NCBI GenBank assembly: GCA_964390265.1 | Contig: CAYMHI010000005.1 | Span: 1 to 59,797, forward strand | Source: an uncultured Candidatus Saccharibacteria bacterium | GTDB taxonomy: Bacteria; Patescibacteriota; Saccharimonadia; CAILAD01; BJGX01 | DNA length: 59,797 nucleotides | Direction of reading: 5' to 3' | Shown: positions 39,242 to 49,630 of the stretch, one piece after another | Numbering within the stretch: position 1 is the first letter of the stretch | Layout: every line of letters begins with the position of its first letter | Translations under genes and position numbers: made by a program | Notes under the pieces: model-generated | The model's database searches: none | Told to the model about the DNA's origin: nothing | Seen by the model: only the letters and a program-made list of their open reading frames with translations

Positions 39242-39270
39242 ATTATAACTTAATATATAATAATAGTCAA
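39242..39270 (-). promoter_or_regulatory. Consensus sigma70 promoter of the ORFan pair
   Basis: TTGACT-17-TATAAT; leader hairpin TCGACGT-AACT-ACGTCGA. Confidence 0.7.
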
Positions 39271-39328
39271 TATTTATCTGGTTTTGACAGGTTGAATAAA
39301 TAGCCTTTTTGGGCTATACTTACCAGAT

Positions 39329-41176
39329 ATGAAAAGGCTAAAAGAACAATATGACGTAGTAGTAGTGGGTGCTGGCCACGCTGGCTGTGAGGCAGCAATT
39401 GCCAGTGCCAAGTTGGGGGCCAATACGTTACTTATTACCGGCGATCTTACCAAGGTGGCTTCTTTGCCTTGCAACCCATCGGTAGGTGGACCAGGCAAAG
39501 GACATTTGGTTCGCGAGATAGATGCTTTAGGTGGGGTAATGGGTAAAGTCGTAGATGAAGCGGCTATTCAGCTCAAAGAGCTCAATACTGGCAAAGGGCC
39601 GGCCGTACGAGCTTACAGAGCTCAGCTTGATCGCACCGAGTACAATCGTCAGATGATACAACAACTTAAAAACACCAAAAACTTAAGTATGCTGCAAGAC
39701 GAAGTGATAGGTGTAGAAGCAAGTAAAAAAGTCATTACCGGTGTAACCACCAAGGCAAATGGAGCTATCAATACAAAAACAGTCATTATCTGCTCAGGTA
39801 CTTTTTTAAACGGTGAGATAGTGCTAGGCCCTAAGGTTATTAAAAAAGGCGGCAGAATGGATGCTCCGGCTAGTCATGGATTGTCTGAATCACTTACGGC
39901 TTTGGGGCTCAAGCGCGGAAGGCTTAAAACCGGTACGCCACCACGTATAGAGCGAAGCAGTATAGATTACTCCAGGCTTCAAGAAGCGCCAGGCACTGCC
40001 GGCAAAATTAGTTTTACACACCCCGATAGAGAGGTTGTGCCATTAGACAAGCAAGAGCTCTGCTGGCTTACCTATACTAACGACAAAACTCATCAGATGA
40101 TACTAAATAACTATCATTTGTCGGGTAATACATCGGGTTTAATAACCGAGACTGGCCCGCGCAGCTGTCCTAGCTTAGATCTTAAAGTGAGTAATTTTCC
40201 CAACCAACTTCGTCACCCCATATTTATTGAGCCAGTTGGAAAACAGGGTACACCGGATGGTGAACGCATGTACTTGCAAGGCTGCAGTACTGCTTTCTCA
40301 CCCGAGTGGCAAGAGAAGATTTTTCGTACCATTGAAGGCTTAGAAAACGCCAAATTCTTAGAGTACGGCTATGCAGTACGGTATGACTACTTTTTGCCAC
40401 ACCAATTGTCCACTAGTCTAGAGGCAAAGAATATCAAGGGTCTATTTTTAGCTGGTCAACTCAATGGCACCACCGGTTACGAAGAAGCCGCTGCCCAAGG
40501 GCTAATAGCTGGTATTAATGCAGCCCGAAGCGTGGCCGGTAAGAGTGCATTTGTACTCGGTAGAGCCGAAGCCTATATAGGAGTTCTCATTGAAGATTTA
40601 GTAACAAAAACCCATGTGGAGCCCTACAGAATGTTTACTAGTCGGGCTGAATATCGTTTATTGTTGCGCAACGACAATGCCGACGAGAGACTAACCTATA
40701 AGGGTTACAAGATAGGGTTGCAACCCAAAACAGCGCTAGATAGAGTGAACAATAAAATAGCCAATATCGAGCAAGAAATTAACCAACTTAAAAAACTAAA
40801 AATAAGTGAAGATGGTAAGCAGAGTATTTCGGCCTACGATTGGCTCAAACGGCCCAATAACAATATGCATCGCTTAGCTAAATTTACCAAATACCAAGTA
40901 AACTCAGATGTATCTTACAACGTAGAGATACTTATTAAATACTCCGGCTACTTTAAGCGTCAAGCCAACGATGCCAATAAGCTAATTGAAAAACAACATC
41001 ATATTATACCCAAATCTCTTGATTATCAAAAAATAACTGGTCTACGCAATGAGGCCAAGAAACGTCTTAGTGAAATTCAACCTGAGTCTTTGGCTCAAGC
41101 GTCTTTGGTGCAGGGTGTTACTCCGGCCGATCTCTCTATTATTATGGTACACGCTTTTACTGGCAAAATAACTTAA
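39329..41176 (+). CDS. mnmG: tRNA uridine 5-carboxymethylaminomethyl modification enzyme MnmG (GidA)
   Basis: [58 protein letters not shown] and [20 protein letters not shown]. Confidence 0.97.
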   Translation: MKRLKEQYDVVVVGAGHAGCEAAIASAKLGANTLLITGDLTKVASLPCNPSVGGPGKGHLVREIDALGGVMGKVVDEAAIQLKELNTGKGPAVRAYRAQLDRTEYNRQMIQQLKNTKNLSMLQDEVIGVEASKKVITGVTTKANGAINTKTVIICSGTFLNGEIVLGPKVIKKGGRMDAPASHGLSESLTALGLKRGRLKTGTPPRIERSSIDYSRLQEAPGTAGKISFTHPDREVVPLDKQELCWLTYTNDKTHQMILNNYHLSGNTSGLITETGPRSCPSLDLKVSNFPNQLRHPIFIEPVGKQGTPDGERMYLQGCSTAFSPEWQEKIFRTIEGLENAKFLEYGYAVRYDYFLPHQLSTSLEAKNIKGLFLAGQLNGTTGYEEAAAQGLIAGINAARSVAGKSAFVLGRAEAYIGVLIEDLVTKTHVEPYRMFTSRAEYRLLLRNDNADERLTYKGYKIGLQPKTALDRVNNKIANIEQEINQLKKLKISEDGKQSISAYDWLKRPNNNMHRLAKFTKYQVNSDVSYNVEILIKYSGYFKRQANDANKLIEKQHHIIPKSLDYQKITGLRNEAKKRLSEIQPESLAQASLVQGVTPADLSIIMVHAFTGKIT

Positions 41177-41224
41177 TGACAAAAACTGACATACAATTTA
41201 GTTTATTTTGGTATAATATTCTCT

Positions 41225-41881
41225 ATGTTTGATCTCGATAGCCTATTAAGAACAGTTGGTTACTTAGGAATATTTGTTATTATATTTGCTGAATCCGGCC
41301 TGCTTATTGGATTCTTCCTTCCTGGTGACAGCTTATTGTTTACCGCGGGCTTCTTAGCCTCTCAGGGCATTTTCAATATTGCTTTGCTTTGCCTTACTAC
41401 CTTTTTAGCTGCGGTCTTGGGTGACAATGTAGGTTACCAGTTTGGTAAAAAGGCTGGCCCGAGGTTGTTTAAAAAACCCAACTCTATATTATTTTCTCAA
41501 GAGAACATTGTTCGTTCTGAGAAATTCTATAATAAGCACGGCGGTAAAGCCATTATTCTATCAAGGTTTGTACCAGTGGTTCGTACTTTTGCACCAATAA
41601 TAGCTGGGGTGGGCAAAATGCGTTACAAAATGTTTTTTATCTACAACGTCATTGGTGCTTTTATTTGGGCCGTAGGCATCACCTTGCTCGGGTATTACTT
41701 AGGTAAATCTATACCAGATATAGATAAATACCTTGTACCGGTTCTGTTTGTAATTATTTTTCTATCTGTTATACCATCAATGTTTCATCTACTTAAAGAC
41801 CAAGAGAGTCGCGCAAAAATTGTTGGTCAAATAAAAAGCCTTAAAAGAAACAAAGTAAAGACAAAAAAGAGCCGTAAGTAA
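41225..41881 (+). CDS. dedA: DedA/VTT family membrane protein
   Basis: IIFAESGL..GFFLPGDSLLFTAG, GD..GY..G and RFVPVVRTFAP..AG motifs. Confidence 0.92.
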   Translation: MFDLDSLLRTVGYLGIFVIIFAESGLLIGFFLPGDSLLFTAGFLASQGIFNIALLCLTTFLAAVLGDNVGYQFGKKAGPRLFKKPNSILFSQENIVRSEKFYNKHGGKAIILSRFVPVVRTFAPIIAGVGKMRYKMFFIYNVIGAFIWAVGITLLGYYLGKSIPDIDKYLVPVLFVIIFLSVIPSMFHLLKDQESRAKIVGQIKSLKRNKVKTKKSRK

Positions 41882-43155
41882 TGCACGAGATAACACAATT
41901 ACCTAACGGATTGCGTATAGTTACGCACACCATGAAAGAGACCGAGAGCGTTACGGTCAATATTTTTGTAGGAGCTGGTGGTCGATATGAAAATATGAAG
42001 ACCGAGTACGGTGCCTCGCACTTTTTGGAGCACCTATTGTTTAAAGGCACCCACAAAAGACCAAGTGCCAAGCAGATTTCTGAAGAGATAGACTCGGTTG
42101 GCGGGTACTTAAATGCCTTTACCGCCGAAGACCACACAAGCTACTACATTAAACTGCCCAAGAACTATTTTGGTTTGGCTTTCAATATTTTGGCCGATAT
42201 TATTACCGACCCACTATTCGAGCAGGTAGAGATTGATCGTGAGCGCAATGTAATATTGGAAGAGATGAAAGTCTACAAAGACGACCCAGCACGCTATGTG
42301 TATGACTTAGTTGGTGATTTATTGTGGCCCAACGATACTCTTAGAACAAACGTAATTGGCAATGAGCACATTATTAGTACAATGCAGCGCCAAACCATAG
42401 TAGACTACTTTAAAGATCTGTATACTATGGGCAACATAATAGTGTCAGTTGCGGGTAATGTAACCCACCAGATGGTGTTAGATATGGCTCAAAAGCTGTT
42501 GTCGCAAGTACCACCAAAAAGCCACAGAACATGGCAACCGGTACGTGGAGGCCTTTCAAAACAGCGCTATAGCATAGAGAGACAAGATACCAACCAAACA
42601 CACCTCGTGGTAGTTGGTAGAGCGCCCCGCATAGATGCTGACGACGAGGCAGCAATGAAGCTACTAAGTACTATTTTGGGCTCAGGCATGAGCTCGCGAT
42701 TGTTTTTAAATGTCCGAGAAAACAAGGGTCTGGCCTATACAGTTTGTATGAGTTACTCAAACTTTGTAGATAGTGGTAAATTTGAGATTTATGCTGGGGT
42801 AAATAATGACAAAGTTGGCGAAGCGCTAAAGGCTATTCATGAAGAGTTGCAAAAAATACAACGAGAAAAGGTAAGTTTGCGCGAACTTAACAAAGCCAAA
42901 GAGCAAGTTAGGGGGCGTTATATAATGGGTCAAGAGGGTAATGCAGCGGTTGCCGACATGCAAGGCACCCAAATGGTACTTAGCGACAAAGTTGATAGCC
43001 TTACACAAATATTAGCCAAATTAGACTCTGTAAATGAGGAAGACATTTTAGAGGCTGCAAAAAAATATTTGTATAAAGATTTAGTTCGACTTGCAGTCAT
43101 TGGGCCGTTTGACGATATTGAAGTTGAAAAATTTAGTAAATTATTGGAGGAATAA
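41881..43155 (+). CDS. M16 family (pitrilysin-like) zinc peptidase
   Basis: GASHFLEHLLFKGT (HxxEH), NAFT..DHT.YY, and SRLF..VRE.KGLAY. Confidence 0.93.
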   Translation: MHEITQLPNGLRIVTHTMKETESVTVNIFVGAGGRYENMKTEYGASHFLEHLLFKGTHKRPSAKQISEEIDSVGGYLNAFTAEDHTSYYIKLPKNYFGLAFNILADIITDPLFEQVEIDRERNVILEEMKVYKDDPARYVYDLVGDLLWPNDTLRTNVIGNEHIISTMQRQTIVDYFKDLYTMGNIIVSVAGNVTHQMVLDMAQKLLSQVPPKSHRTWQPVRGGLSKQRYSIERQDTNQTHLVVVGRAPRIDADDEAAMKLLSTILGSGMSSRLFLNVRENKGLAYTVCMSYSNFVDSGKFEIYAGVNNDKVGEALKAIHEELQKIQREKVSLRELNKAKEQVRGRYIMGQEGNAAVADMQGTQMVLSDKVDSLTQILAKLDSVNEEDILEAAKKYLYKDLVRLAVIGPFDDIEVEKFSKLLEE

Positions 43156-43157
43156 AA

Positions 43158-43742
43158 ATGATAGAAAAGACATTAGTAATTATTAAGCCAGATGCTCTAC
43201 AAAGAGGTTTGTTGGGGGAGATTATCTCGCGCTTTGAAAAAGTTGGTCTAAAAATGATTGGAGCCAAAATGTTGGTGGTGCCAGAAGAGTTAGCCAATAA
43301 ACACTACCCAATTGATAGAGAAGAGTTTATTAATGGTATGGGCAATAAAACCTTACAAAACTACAAAGACCAGGGCCTTGACCCCATAAAAGAAATTGGT
43401 ACCGACAACCCCAAAGAAATTGGGCAAAAGGTACAGGGTTGGTTGGTAGAATTTATTACCTCTGCACCAGTATTTGTGTGTGTGCTTGAGGGGCCACACG
43501 CAGTAGAAGTAGTGCGCAAACTATCTGGATTTACGCTACCAGCCAAGGCTGATCCTGGTACTATAAGAGGCGACTTCTCATTTGACTCATCTACATATGC
43601 TAACACCAAGAATCGACCAATTCGCAACCTCATACATGCCTCTGGCGACATTAAAGAAGCCGAGTTTGAGGTAAATCTTTGGTTTAACAAAGATGAACTA
43701 TATGACTACAGCACCATACACAATCAACACATGACCCAATAG
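43158..43742 (+). CDS. ndk: Nucleoside-diphosphate kinase
   Basis: EKTLVIIKPDALQRGL.GEIISRFE, PGTIRGDF and NLIHAS motifs. Confidence 0.95.
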   Translation: MIEKTLVIIKPDALQRGLLGEIISRFEKVGLKMIGAKMLVVPEELANKHYPIDREEFINGMGNKTLQNYKDQGLDPIKEIGTDNPKEIGQKVQGWLVEFITSAPVFVCVLEGPHAVEVVRKLSGFTLPAKADPGTIRGDFSFDSSTYANTKNRPIRNLIHASGDIKEAEFEVNLWFNKDELYDYSTIHNQHMTQ

Positions 43743-43807
43743 TAAATAAAAAAACCACCTTAAAAACCATTAAGGTGGCGATGCTCAATTAAGTTTTAAC
43801 TTAGAGC

Positions 43808-43975
43808 TCAGCTAGCGCAGTAGCCATCTTTGCGAGCTGGCTTTTTCTTCTTGCGTTCAATTGGGATGGGGTAGCCGCGGTGGCCACTGTTTTTACGACG
43901 CGTTCTTTGAAGCTTTGGATTGTGAATTTCGGGTGGTGGTTGATGGGTGAAGTGGGGCGGTTCAACACAGGCCAA
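43808..43975 (-). CDS. Small basic Pro/His-rich hypothetical protein (55 aa, ORFan cassette)
   Basis: AAGGAG SD then an in-frame TTG at 43975; extended -10 promoter TTGAGT-18-TATGCT at 44058-44029; hairpin at 43755-43779. Confidence 0.45.
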   Translation of the reverse strand: MACVEPPHFTHQPPPEIHNPKLQRTRRKNSGHRGYPIPIERKKKKPARKDGYCAS

Positions 43976-44172
43976 AATTCGTCTCCTTATGAGTTGGTGG
44001 TTATGCAGGTGCAAGCTACTTGTGGCCTAGCATAGCACAGTAGTTTAAATTAACTCAACTTGTATCTCTTAGAATTTCGCATTTTATGTGTAACTAACTC
44101 ATGGCGGGGATATAATGGCCATAGTAATATTTCAATATTCAAATAACAATCTATAGGTGTTAAGATTTAAGT

Positions 44173-44601
44173 ATGAAGACAAAAATATTTAAGGTGGGCA
44201 CAGGCGCAATAATTGTAAAAGACCAAAAAATACTTTTAGGTCTGCGCGGACCAAAGGCTCGCGACCAACATTATAAGTGGGAACTATTAGGTGGCTTGGT
44301 GCAGTTTGAAGAAACCCCCGAGGAGGCAATAAGGCGCGAAGTTCTAGAAGAGGCCGGTATCACTATTGATCCGATAGATATTATTGGCACCAATGTGCGT
44401 TATAGCGACGACAAAACTGAAGAGTGGGTGGGGCTTACTTACCTTTGTAAATATATTGATGGGCAACCCAAAGTGACCGAATTTGAAAGGGTAATAGACC
44501 ACAAATGGCTGAGCCTAGATGAGTGTTTTGAAAAGAAACTTACACCAATGACTAAGTATCAATTAGAGCAGTACCGGGATTGGCTTAAGAGGAATAATTA
44601 A
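44173..44601 (+). CDS. NUDIX hydrolase
   Basis: Nudix box GG.V.FEETPEEAIRREVLEEAG. Confidence 0.9.
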   Translation: MKTKIFKVGTGAIIVKDQKILLGLRGPKARDQHYKWELLGGLVQFEETPEEAIRREVLEEAGITIDPIDIIGTNVRYSDDKTEEWVGLTYLCKYIDGQPKVTEFERVIDHKWLSLDECFEKKLTPMTKYQLEQYRDWLKRNN

Positions 44602-45398
44602 ACTTCATTGTTAAGTAGTGGTTCTATTCTATCAACCTGCTCCAATAGCTGTTTATTGGAGTACCTATTACGTTCTATTTTTTTCCAGCCTGTATCAAGG
44701 TTTTTCCAGGAGCAAACACTACGTACCCAGCCAAGATAATGGCTGTTATCGCCACCACTAGGATTATTTTTTGTGTAGTGCAATACTTGAGTGTTGAATA
44801 TTTTCATTTTAGGGTCTTTATCGGCAGCTATCCATTGTTCATCATTTAAATATTCCAGCTCTGCTCTCATTGCCCACATAAATTCGCCGTGAGTTACCAC
44901 CACAACTCTTTTGTCGGCGCATTCACGGTGTAGAGTATCAAAAAAACTTCTAACCCTCAATCGTACATCGGCAATAGACTCACCGCTAGGTGGTCGCCAA
45001 TATAGCGCATCAATTTCTTTGCGCAATGCGTTATGAGGAAAAATATTCTTAAATTCTTCTAATGGTATGGCGTCTATGTCGCCCCAATCACGCTCTCTTA
45101 AGCGCTGGGATATTCGCCATTCGGTGTTTGGTAGGTTAAGCAGGCCGGCAGTTTCTCTTGTTCGAATATATGGAGATACATAATATCTGTCAAAATCAAT
45201 ATCTATATTTTTTTGTAGCCACTCACCAGTAGCAACCGCTTGGGCTTGGCCCTCCTTGGTTAGTCGCCATTGGTGGCCCGGGCGTTCTCTAAACTCTGGG
45301 GTATAAAAACTATTATCTCCTAGCTTGGCGGTTTCTACGGCAAGATTACCCTCGGAGTGACCGTGTCGAATTATTATAAGATCATTAGGCATTGGCAT
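44598..45398 (-). CDS. Histidine phosphatase / phosphoglycerate mutase family protein
   Basis: RHGHSEGN, SPY.RT.ETA, LRERDWG, GESIADV..R and VVTHG motifs. Confidence 0.9.
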   Translation of the reverse strand: MPMPNDLIIIRHGHSEGNLAVETAKLGDNSFYTPEFRERPGHQWRLTKEGQAQAVATGEWLQKNIDIDFDRYYVSPYIRTRETAGLLNLPNTEWRISQRLRERDWGDIDAIPLEEFKNIFPHNALRKEIDALYWRPPSGESIADVRLRVRSFFDTLHRECADKRVVVVTHGEFMWAMRAELEYLNDEQWIAADKDPKMKIFNTQVLHYTKNNPSGGDNSHYLGWVRSVCSWKNLDTGWKKIERNRYSNKQLLEQVDRIEPLLNNEV

Positions 45399-45423
45399 AG
45401 TGTTATTATAACAAACATATTAT

Positions 45424-45499
45424 TGGTACCCGGGGAGGGAATCGAACCCCCGACGCTCTCCTTAGGACGGAGACGCTCTATCCACTGAGCTACCAGGGC
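45424..45499 (-). tRNA. tRNA-Arg(CCT)
   Basis: GCCCTGGTAGCTCAGTGGATAGAGCG-TCTCC-GTCCTAA-GGAGA...GGGGGTTCGATTCCCTC...ACCA; 76 nt with encoded CCA. Confidence 0.88.
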
Positions 45500-45644
45500 T
45501 CGTTAGTATTATACCCCTAAATGGCAATAATTAGACATGCTCGTATAAATACTTGTAATAAATGATAAACTATGACATAATGCACAAAGCACCTACAACA
45601 AAAAAAGCATCGATTGATGCTCTGGGCCTTCGAAGGGGGCACAC

Positions 45645-46325
45645 ATGAGTAACACCAAACAAAAGACATTTCCTGACATGATCGGCACAGAATTCTTACT
45701 GTGGCGTAGAGAGTGGCGTTCGGTAGCTACCACAGCATCCAGAGTTGGCCGGGCAGATGGATGGGTGGTGCTCGAAGAAGTACCCGTGGTTGTCATCGAG
45801 CAGCGCAATGATGTACCCGGGATGTTTGGCAGAAGCGTATTTACGGGGCTCAAGGCGCATTCCAAAGACGGCCGAGAGTTCACTCGCAACTGGGATGTGT
45901 ACCCCGACGATGCAATGACCGGCGCAACCCTTTACTGGAGGCACGCAAACGCCGTGCGTAGCGCCCCACATACCGACATGGTAGATGCTATTCAGGCATC
46001 TTCAGTTTTCTACAGAGCGATTGGCGGTCAGTATTACGATGAGGCAGGAGAATTTAAGGTACCCACTGGTGCCGATATATGTCTTCTGCATGGCGACACG
46101 TTCTTGACAGGGCAGCAGTGTAGTGACTGTCACTTCGAAGAGCGGCTAGTCCGCAATCATGGTCAAATCACTTACATCGATTGCCCATTCTGCAACTCCC
46201 AACGGCGGGCAGGCGAACTAGGCAAGGACTTACGAAGTATGCATATTCGGTGGGACCACCCCAAGCAATACCTTGCCTGGACAAACATGGGGCACGACCC
46301 CAGCGATTGGGATAACATCCCTTGA
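45645..46325 (+). CDS. Hypothetical protein with C-terminal CxxC pairs (ORFan cassette)
   Basis: 226 aa; CSDC and CPFC; own promoter, and a long 3' hairpin plus T-tract at about 46340-46392. Confidence 0.7.
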   Translation: MSNTKQKTFPDMIGTEFLLWRREWRSVATTASRVGRADGWVVLEEVPVVVIEQRNDVPGMFGRSVFTGLKAHSKDGREFTRNWDVYPDDAMTGATLYWRHANAVRSAPHTDMVDAIQASSVFYRAIGGQYYDEAGEFKVPTGADICLLHGDTFLTGQQCSDCHFEERLVRNHGQITYIDCPFCNSQRRAGELGKDLRSMHIRWDHPKQYLAWTNMGHDPSDWDNIP

Positions 46326-46491
46326 CAGCTATGCTGTCTAGCTCTCTAGTGTTTCGCAATCAACACCTGCGAAATTCCGGAGGGTTTTTTTAATTACAAC
46401 TTAATCAACACCAAAGTACAAAACCTATTATAGGTAATATAATGTTACGTGTAGAATTTATAGCCTTAACTGGTATACAATAGTATACAAG

Positions 46492-47031
46492 ATGACACGA
46501 AGCACAAAACAATCTAGAGCACGCAAGCACAGTTTTGCCGGCCAACACGACGACGAAGTAGTAATACTAGTTGAACACCAGCACCCCATAGTAATGCGCC
46601 GGGCGTTGATTTGGGGGATGTTGATACTACTAGGCGTAACCATACCTTGGGCCATTGCCATGGTGAATTTTAATGATTGGGTAGTCTATACCAATTGGTT
46701 TATCTTGGTAGGTCTGCTAGTACTAGGATTTTACTGGCTGCGCACCTGGGTGGGCTGGTACTACAGTATATATGTGCTTACCAGCTATAGGGTAATGATA
46801 GTGCACCAACGCGGATTTTTTACTCGCGAGGTAAAAGAGTTGGCTCTCAATAACATTCAAAATGTTAACTATAAAATTACTGGTGTACAAGGTTCACTTT
46901 TGGGTTTTGGCACCGTTACTATAGAGACGCTTTCTGGTAGTAAGCCATTTAGACTAAGAAATGTTACTAAGCCGGTGCGCATGCAAAAAGCCATTGTTGA
47001 GACTCACCGTCGCAGTGGTTTGGACAAATAA
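46492..47031 (+). CDS. Membrane protein with a bacterial PH domain
   Basis: 2 TM helices, then Y.LT..RV....Q.GFF.R.V.E..L..IQNV.Y...G....L.GFGTV.IET. Confidence 0.8.
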   Translation: MTRSTKQSRARKHSFAGQHDDEVVILVEHQHPIVMRRALIWGMLILLGVTIPWAIAMVNFNDWVVYTNWFILVGLLVLGFYWLRTWVGWYYSIYVLTSYRVMIVHQRGFFTREVKELALNNIQNVNYKITGVQGSLLGFGTVTIETLSGSKPFRLRNVTKPVRMQKAIVETHRRSGLDK

Positions 47032-47099
47032 TGTCAAAAAGTGTATTATTAAGCCACAGTCTAATTCAGTAGAAAACTAAAGGAGTTTAAATAACTATT

Positions 47100-48164
47100 A
47101 TGCCAAAAGATCCAGATATTAAATCGTCTAGTAAGTCCAAACCGTCAAAAAGCACTAGGCCACCAGCCAAAAAGGGCGCAAAGCGAACAGCCGCCAAGAA
47201 AGCCTTGGCTCAAAAAAGTATGTCTTTTAAAGAAAAGCTCAACAAGCTAGGTGTAGACCCCGAAAAAAACAAAAAAAACGTCCGCAACGTTGGTATAATT
47301 GCGCTAGTAGCTCTATTTATTACTATCACTGTTTTTGGAGTGCTTATATACAAGTACAAAGTCGCTAATAGAGCAGTAAAAATTGCTAGCAAAGTGGTAC
47401 CTTACCCTGTTGCTAGTGTTAACGGCAATGTTATATGGAACACCGCTAGTTATAACGACTATCTTTTTGAACTAGCCTCGGCGCAAAAGTATTTTCAAAC
47501 TCAAAACCAAGATTTTAGCTCAGAAGAAGGTAAAAAGCAGCTGCTACAGTTCAAACAAGATCTTATAAAGCAGCTCGAGGACAACATTATTGTTGCTCAA
47601 CAAGCTAACAAGTATGGTATAAAAGTAAGTGGTAAAGAGGTAGATGAAAAATTTGATCAGCTGGTAAAAGATGCCGGTGGAATTGATCAAGTAAAACGTA
47701 CACTCGATAAACTCTATGGCTGGTCTACAGGCGACTTTAAAGATAAAATTCGTCAACAACTAGTTCGTCAAAAACTTTCTGACAAAGTGTTGAGTGATCC
47801 TGCTCTCACTGCGCCAGCTCAAAAACAAGCCGAAGATATTTTGGCGCAAGTAAATGCTGGTGGTGATTTTGCTGCTTTGGCCAAACAGTACAGTAGCGAT
47901 GGAAGTGCAGCTAATGGTGGCGATTTAGGATTGTTTAGTAAAGGTCAGCTAGTTCCAGAATTTGAGGCTGCAGCCTTTGCTCTCGAGCCAGGGCAAGTAA
48001 GCAAAGTTGTCAAAACTCAATATGGTTATCACATCATTAAAGTTACCGAGAAAACTGGCGACCAAGTACGAGCTAGCCATATACTCATTAAAGGCCCAGA
48101 CTTTGATAGCTGGTTACGTGATCAACGCAATAACGCCAAGATTGTACAGTACTTCCAGCCCTAG
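47100..48164 (+). CDS. prsA: PrsA/SurA-type peptidyl-prolyl isomerase (foldase)
   Basis: TM anchor, SurA-N region and parvulin motif [53 protein letters not shown]. Confidence 0.9.
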   Translation: MPKDPDIKSSSKSKPSKSTRPPAKKGAKRTAAKKALAQKSMSFKEKLNKLGVDPEKNKKNVRNVGIIALVALFITITVFGVLIYKYKVANRAVKIASKVVPYPVASVNGNVIWNTASYNDYLFELASAQKYFQTQNQDFSSEEGKKQLLQFKQDLIKQLEDNIIVAQQANKYGIKVSGKEVDEKFDQLVKDAGGIDQVKRTLDKLYGWSTGDFKDKIRQQLVRQKLSDKVLSDPALTAPAQKQAEDILAQVNAGGDFAALAKQYSSDGSAANGGDLGLFSKGQLVPEFEAAAFALEPGQVSKVVKTQYGYHIIKVTEKTGDQVRASHILIKGPDFDSWLRDQRNNAKIVQYFQP

Positions 48165-48218
48165 ATAGCTAACATCTTAAGCAAAAAAGCTCACTCATAT
48201 ATAAAATGTAGTGAGTTT

Positions 48219-48397
48219 TTGCTTTTTGAGCAGTTATTTGCTACAGTATAAGCATAAGAGAAATATTATGATTTTGAACAAAAAACTCACCACATGGTCG
48301 TCATTTGCAAGAACTCCTCAAGCTGCACAAGAAGGTAGTTTTTGAGCATTTATATTAATTAGTACTTTTTGAAAGCTGCCTTCTCGGGCAGCTTTTT
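48219..48397 (+). promoter_or_regulatory. Promoter, 25-codon uORF and alternative hairpins (candidate attenuator)
   Basis: TTGCTT-17-TACAGT; uORF 48268-48345; terminator AAAGCTGCC-TTCTC-GGGCAGCTTTTT at 48372-48397. Confidence 0.5.
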
Positions 48398-48446
48398 GAT
48401 TTGCACGAGAGAATGCACATTGACAACCAAAGAAAGGATCAAGCCG

Positions 48447-48935
48447 ATGACTTTGCCTTACGGAGGTAAATGCCCATACGACAACACCGTAGTAGATTAT
48501 ACTTTTGGCTATAGCGACTCTATTTGGTATTGCCAAAATGGCCATGAGTGGGGCAATGTTGAAGACATTGAGGTAGGTGACAGGTGCGAAGGGTCATTTA
48601 AATATGGCACCAAACTGAGTGAGTACACATCTATGTGTGTATGGTGTGGTCAGATAGTTGAGCATACACCCTTCTTCAATCGCGCCAACGGCAATAAGCT
48701 TGTTTATCACTTGCGGCCACAAACCACTAAGGCAGTATTAGAGCCAGGTGATACTTTATACTTCTCGGAGGCTAAATATTTTGGCGTGATAACAGATATG
48801 TGCGATGGCTGTCAAAAACAGCTCGACGTATTAGAAATAGCCCAGATAGTGACCGATAGATTGAGTAAGAGACAATACGTTATTCACTTGGGCTGCTGGA
48901 GCAAATTGGTCGAAATACTAGAAAGGGGAGTGTGA
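48447..48935 (+). CDS. Cys-rich hypothetical protein (putative zinc-binding)
   Basis: Start at ATG 48447 after GAAAGGA; CPYD...CQNGH, CVWC and CDGC...H.GC motifs. Confidence 0.65.
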   Translation: MTLPYGGKCPYDNTVVDYTFGYSDSIWYCQNGHEWGNVEDIEVGDRCEGSFKYGTKLSEYTSMCVWCGQIVEHTPFFNRANGNKLVYHLRPQTTKAVLEPGDTLYFSEAKYFGVITDMCDGCQKQLDVLEIAQIVTDRLSKRQYVIHLGCWSKLVEILERGV

Positions 48936-49576
48936 TGGAGATGTTTTGTGCCGATGTAGACTTTGAGAGCTTGCTAAGAGGCGTGGTAACCCACGGAGGA
49001 GCGTTTGCGCCTCGAGCATTTAGCGACGAATATTTAGACTATTTGTTAAGTGAGGTAAATAGCTTAGATTACGGCGAGTATTGTTCACAAAGTGACGACC
49101 CTGTCTACGAAAAACATCGTGACTTTCGGGCTAGAGTATATGCCACAGAGGCTAAGATACCGCGTCTTACGCATCTGGTAGAACAAATTGGCTGGCAAAT
49201 ACGTACAGCTAGTCTTGTAGGGGTAAACAACCATCTTTTTTACCCCGACGACATCAATGTGTGGCGGTACAACGATAAGGCCTGCGCCATTGGTAAGCAC
49301 CGCGATTACAGCCACGATTTGTTTTTAATTGTGGGCGTTACGCTTACAGGTTATTGCACCCTAGAGTTTTATGGTGACAACAAAGAAAACACCAGGCCCA
49401 GGCTATGGCAGGCTGGCCCAGGTAGTTTGATGTTTTTGCGGGGTCCAGGGCTTTGCAAAAATGATACTCGTCCATACCACGCCGTCAACCCACCGGTGCA
49501 TGGTGAGAGAATATCTATTATTATTCGCCAAGATATTCGCAACTCCCAGCCAGACTGTACTGGTAAAGAGTACTGA
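48932..49576 (+). CDS. 2OG-Fe(II) oxygenase superfamily protein (AlkB-like)
   Basis: INVWRY....IGKHRD (HxD) ... PGSLMFLRG ... PYHAV ... RISIIIR. Confidence 0.78.
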   Translation: MMEMFCADVDFESLLRGVVTHGGAFAPRAFSDEYLDYLLSEVNSLDYGEYCSQSDDPVYEKHRDFRARVYATEAKIPRLTHLVEQIGWQIRTASLVGVNNHLFYPDDINVWRYNDKACAIGKHRDYSHDLFLIVGVTLTGYCTLEFYGDNKENTRPRLWQAGPGSLMFLRGPGLCKNDTRPYHAVNPPVHGERISIIIRQDIRNSQPDCTGKEY

Positions 49577-49597
49577 GGATGGTAGGGTGGGCTTTAT

Positions 49598-49630
49598 GCT
49601 CCAAGGGTATCACCTTTGGAGCGTTTTTTT
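49598..49630 (+). terminator. Intrinsic terminator
   Basis: GCTCCAAGGG-TATCA-CCTTTGGAGC-GTTTTTTT. Confidence 0.75.
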
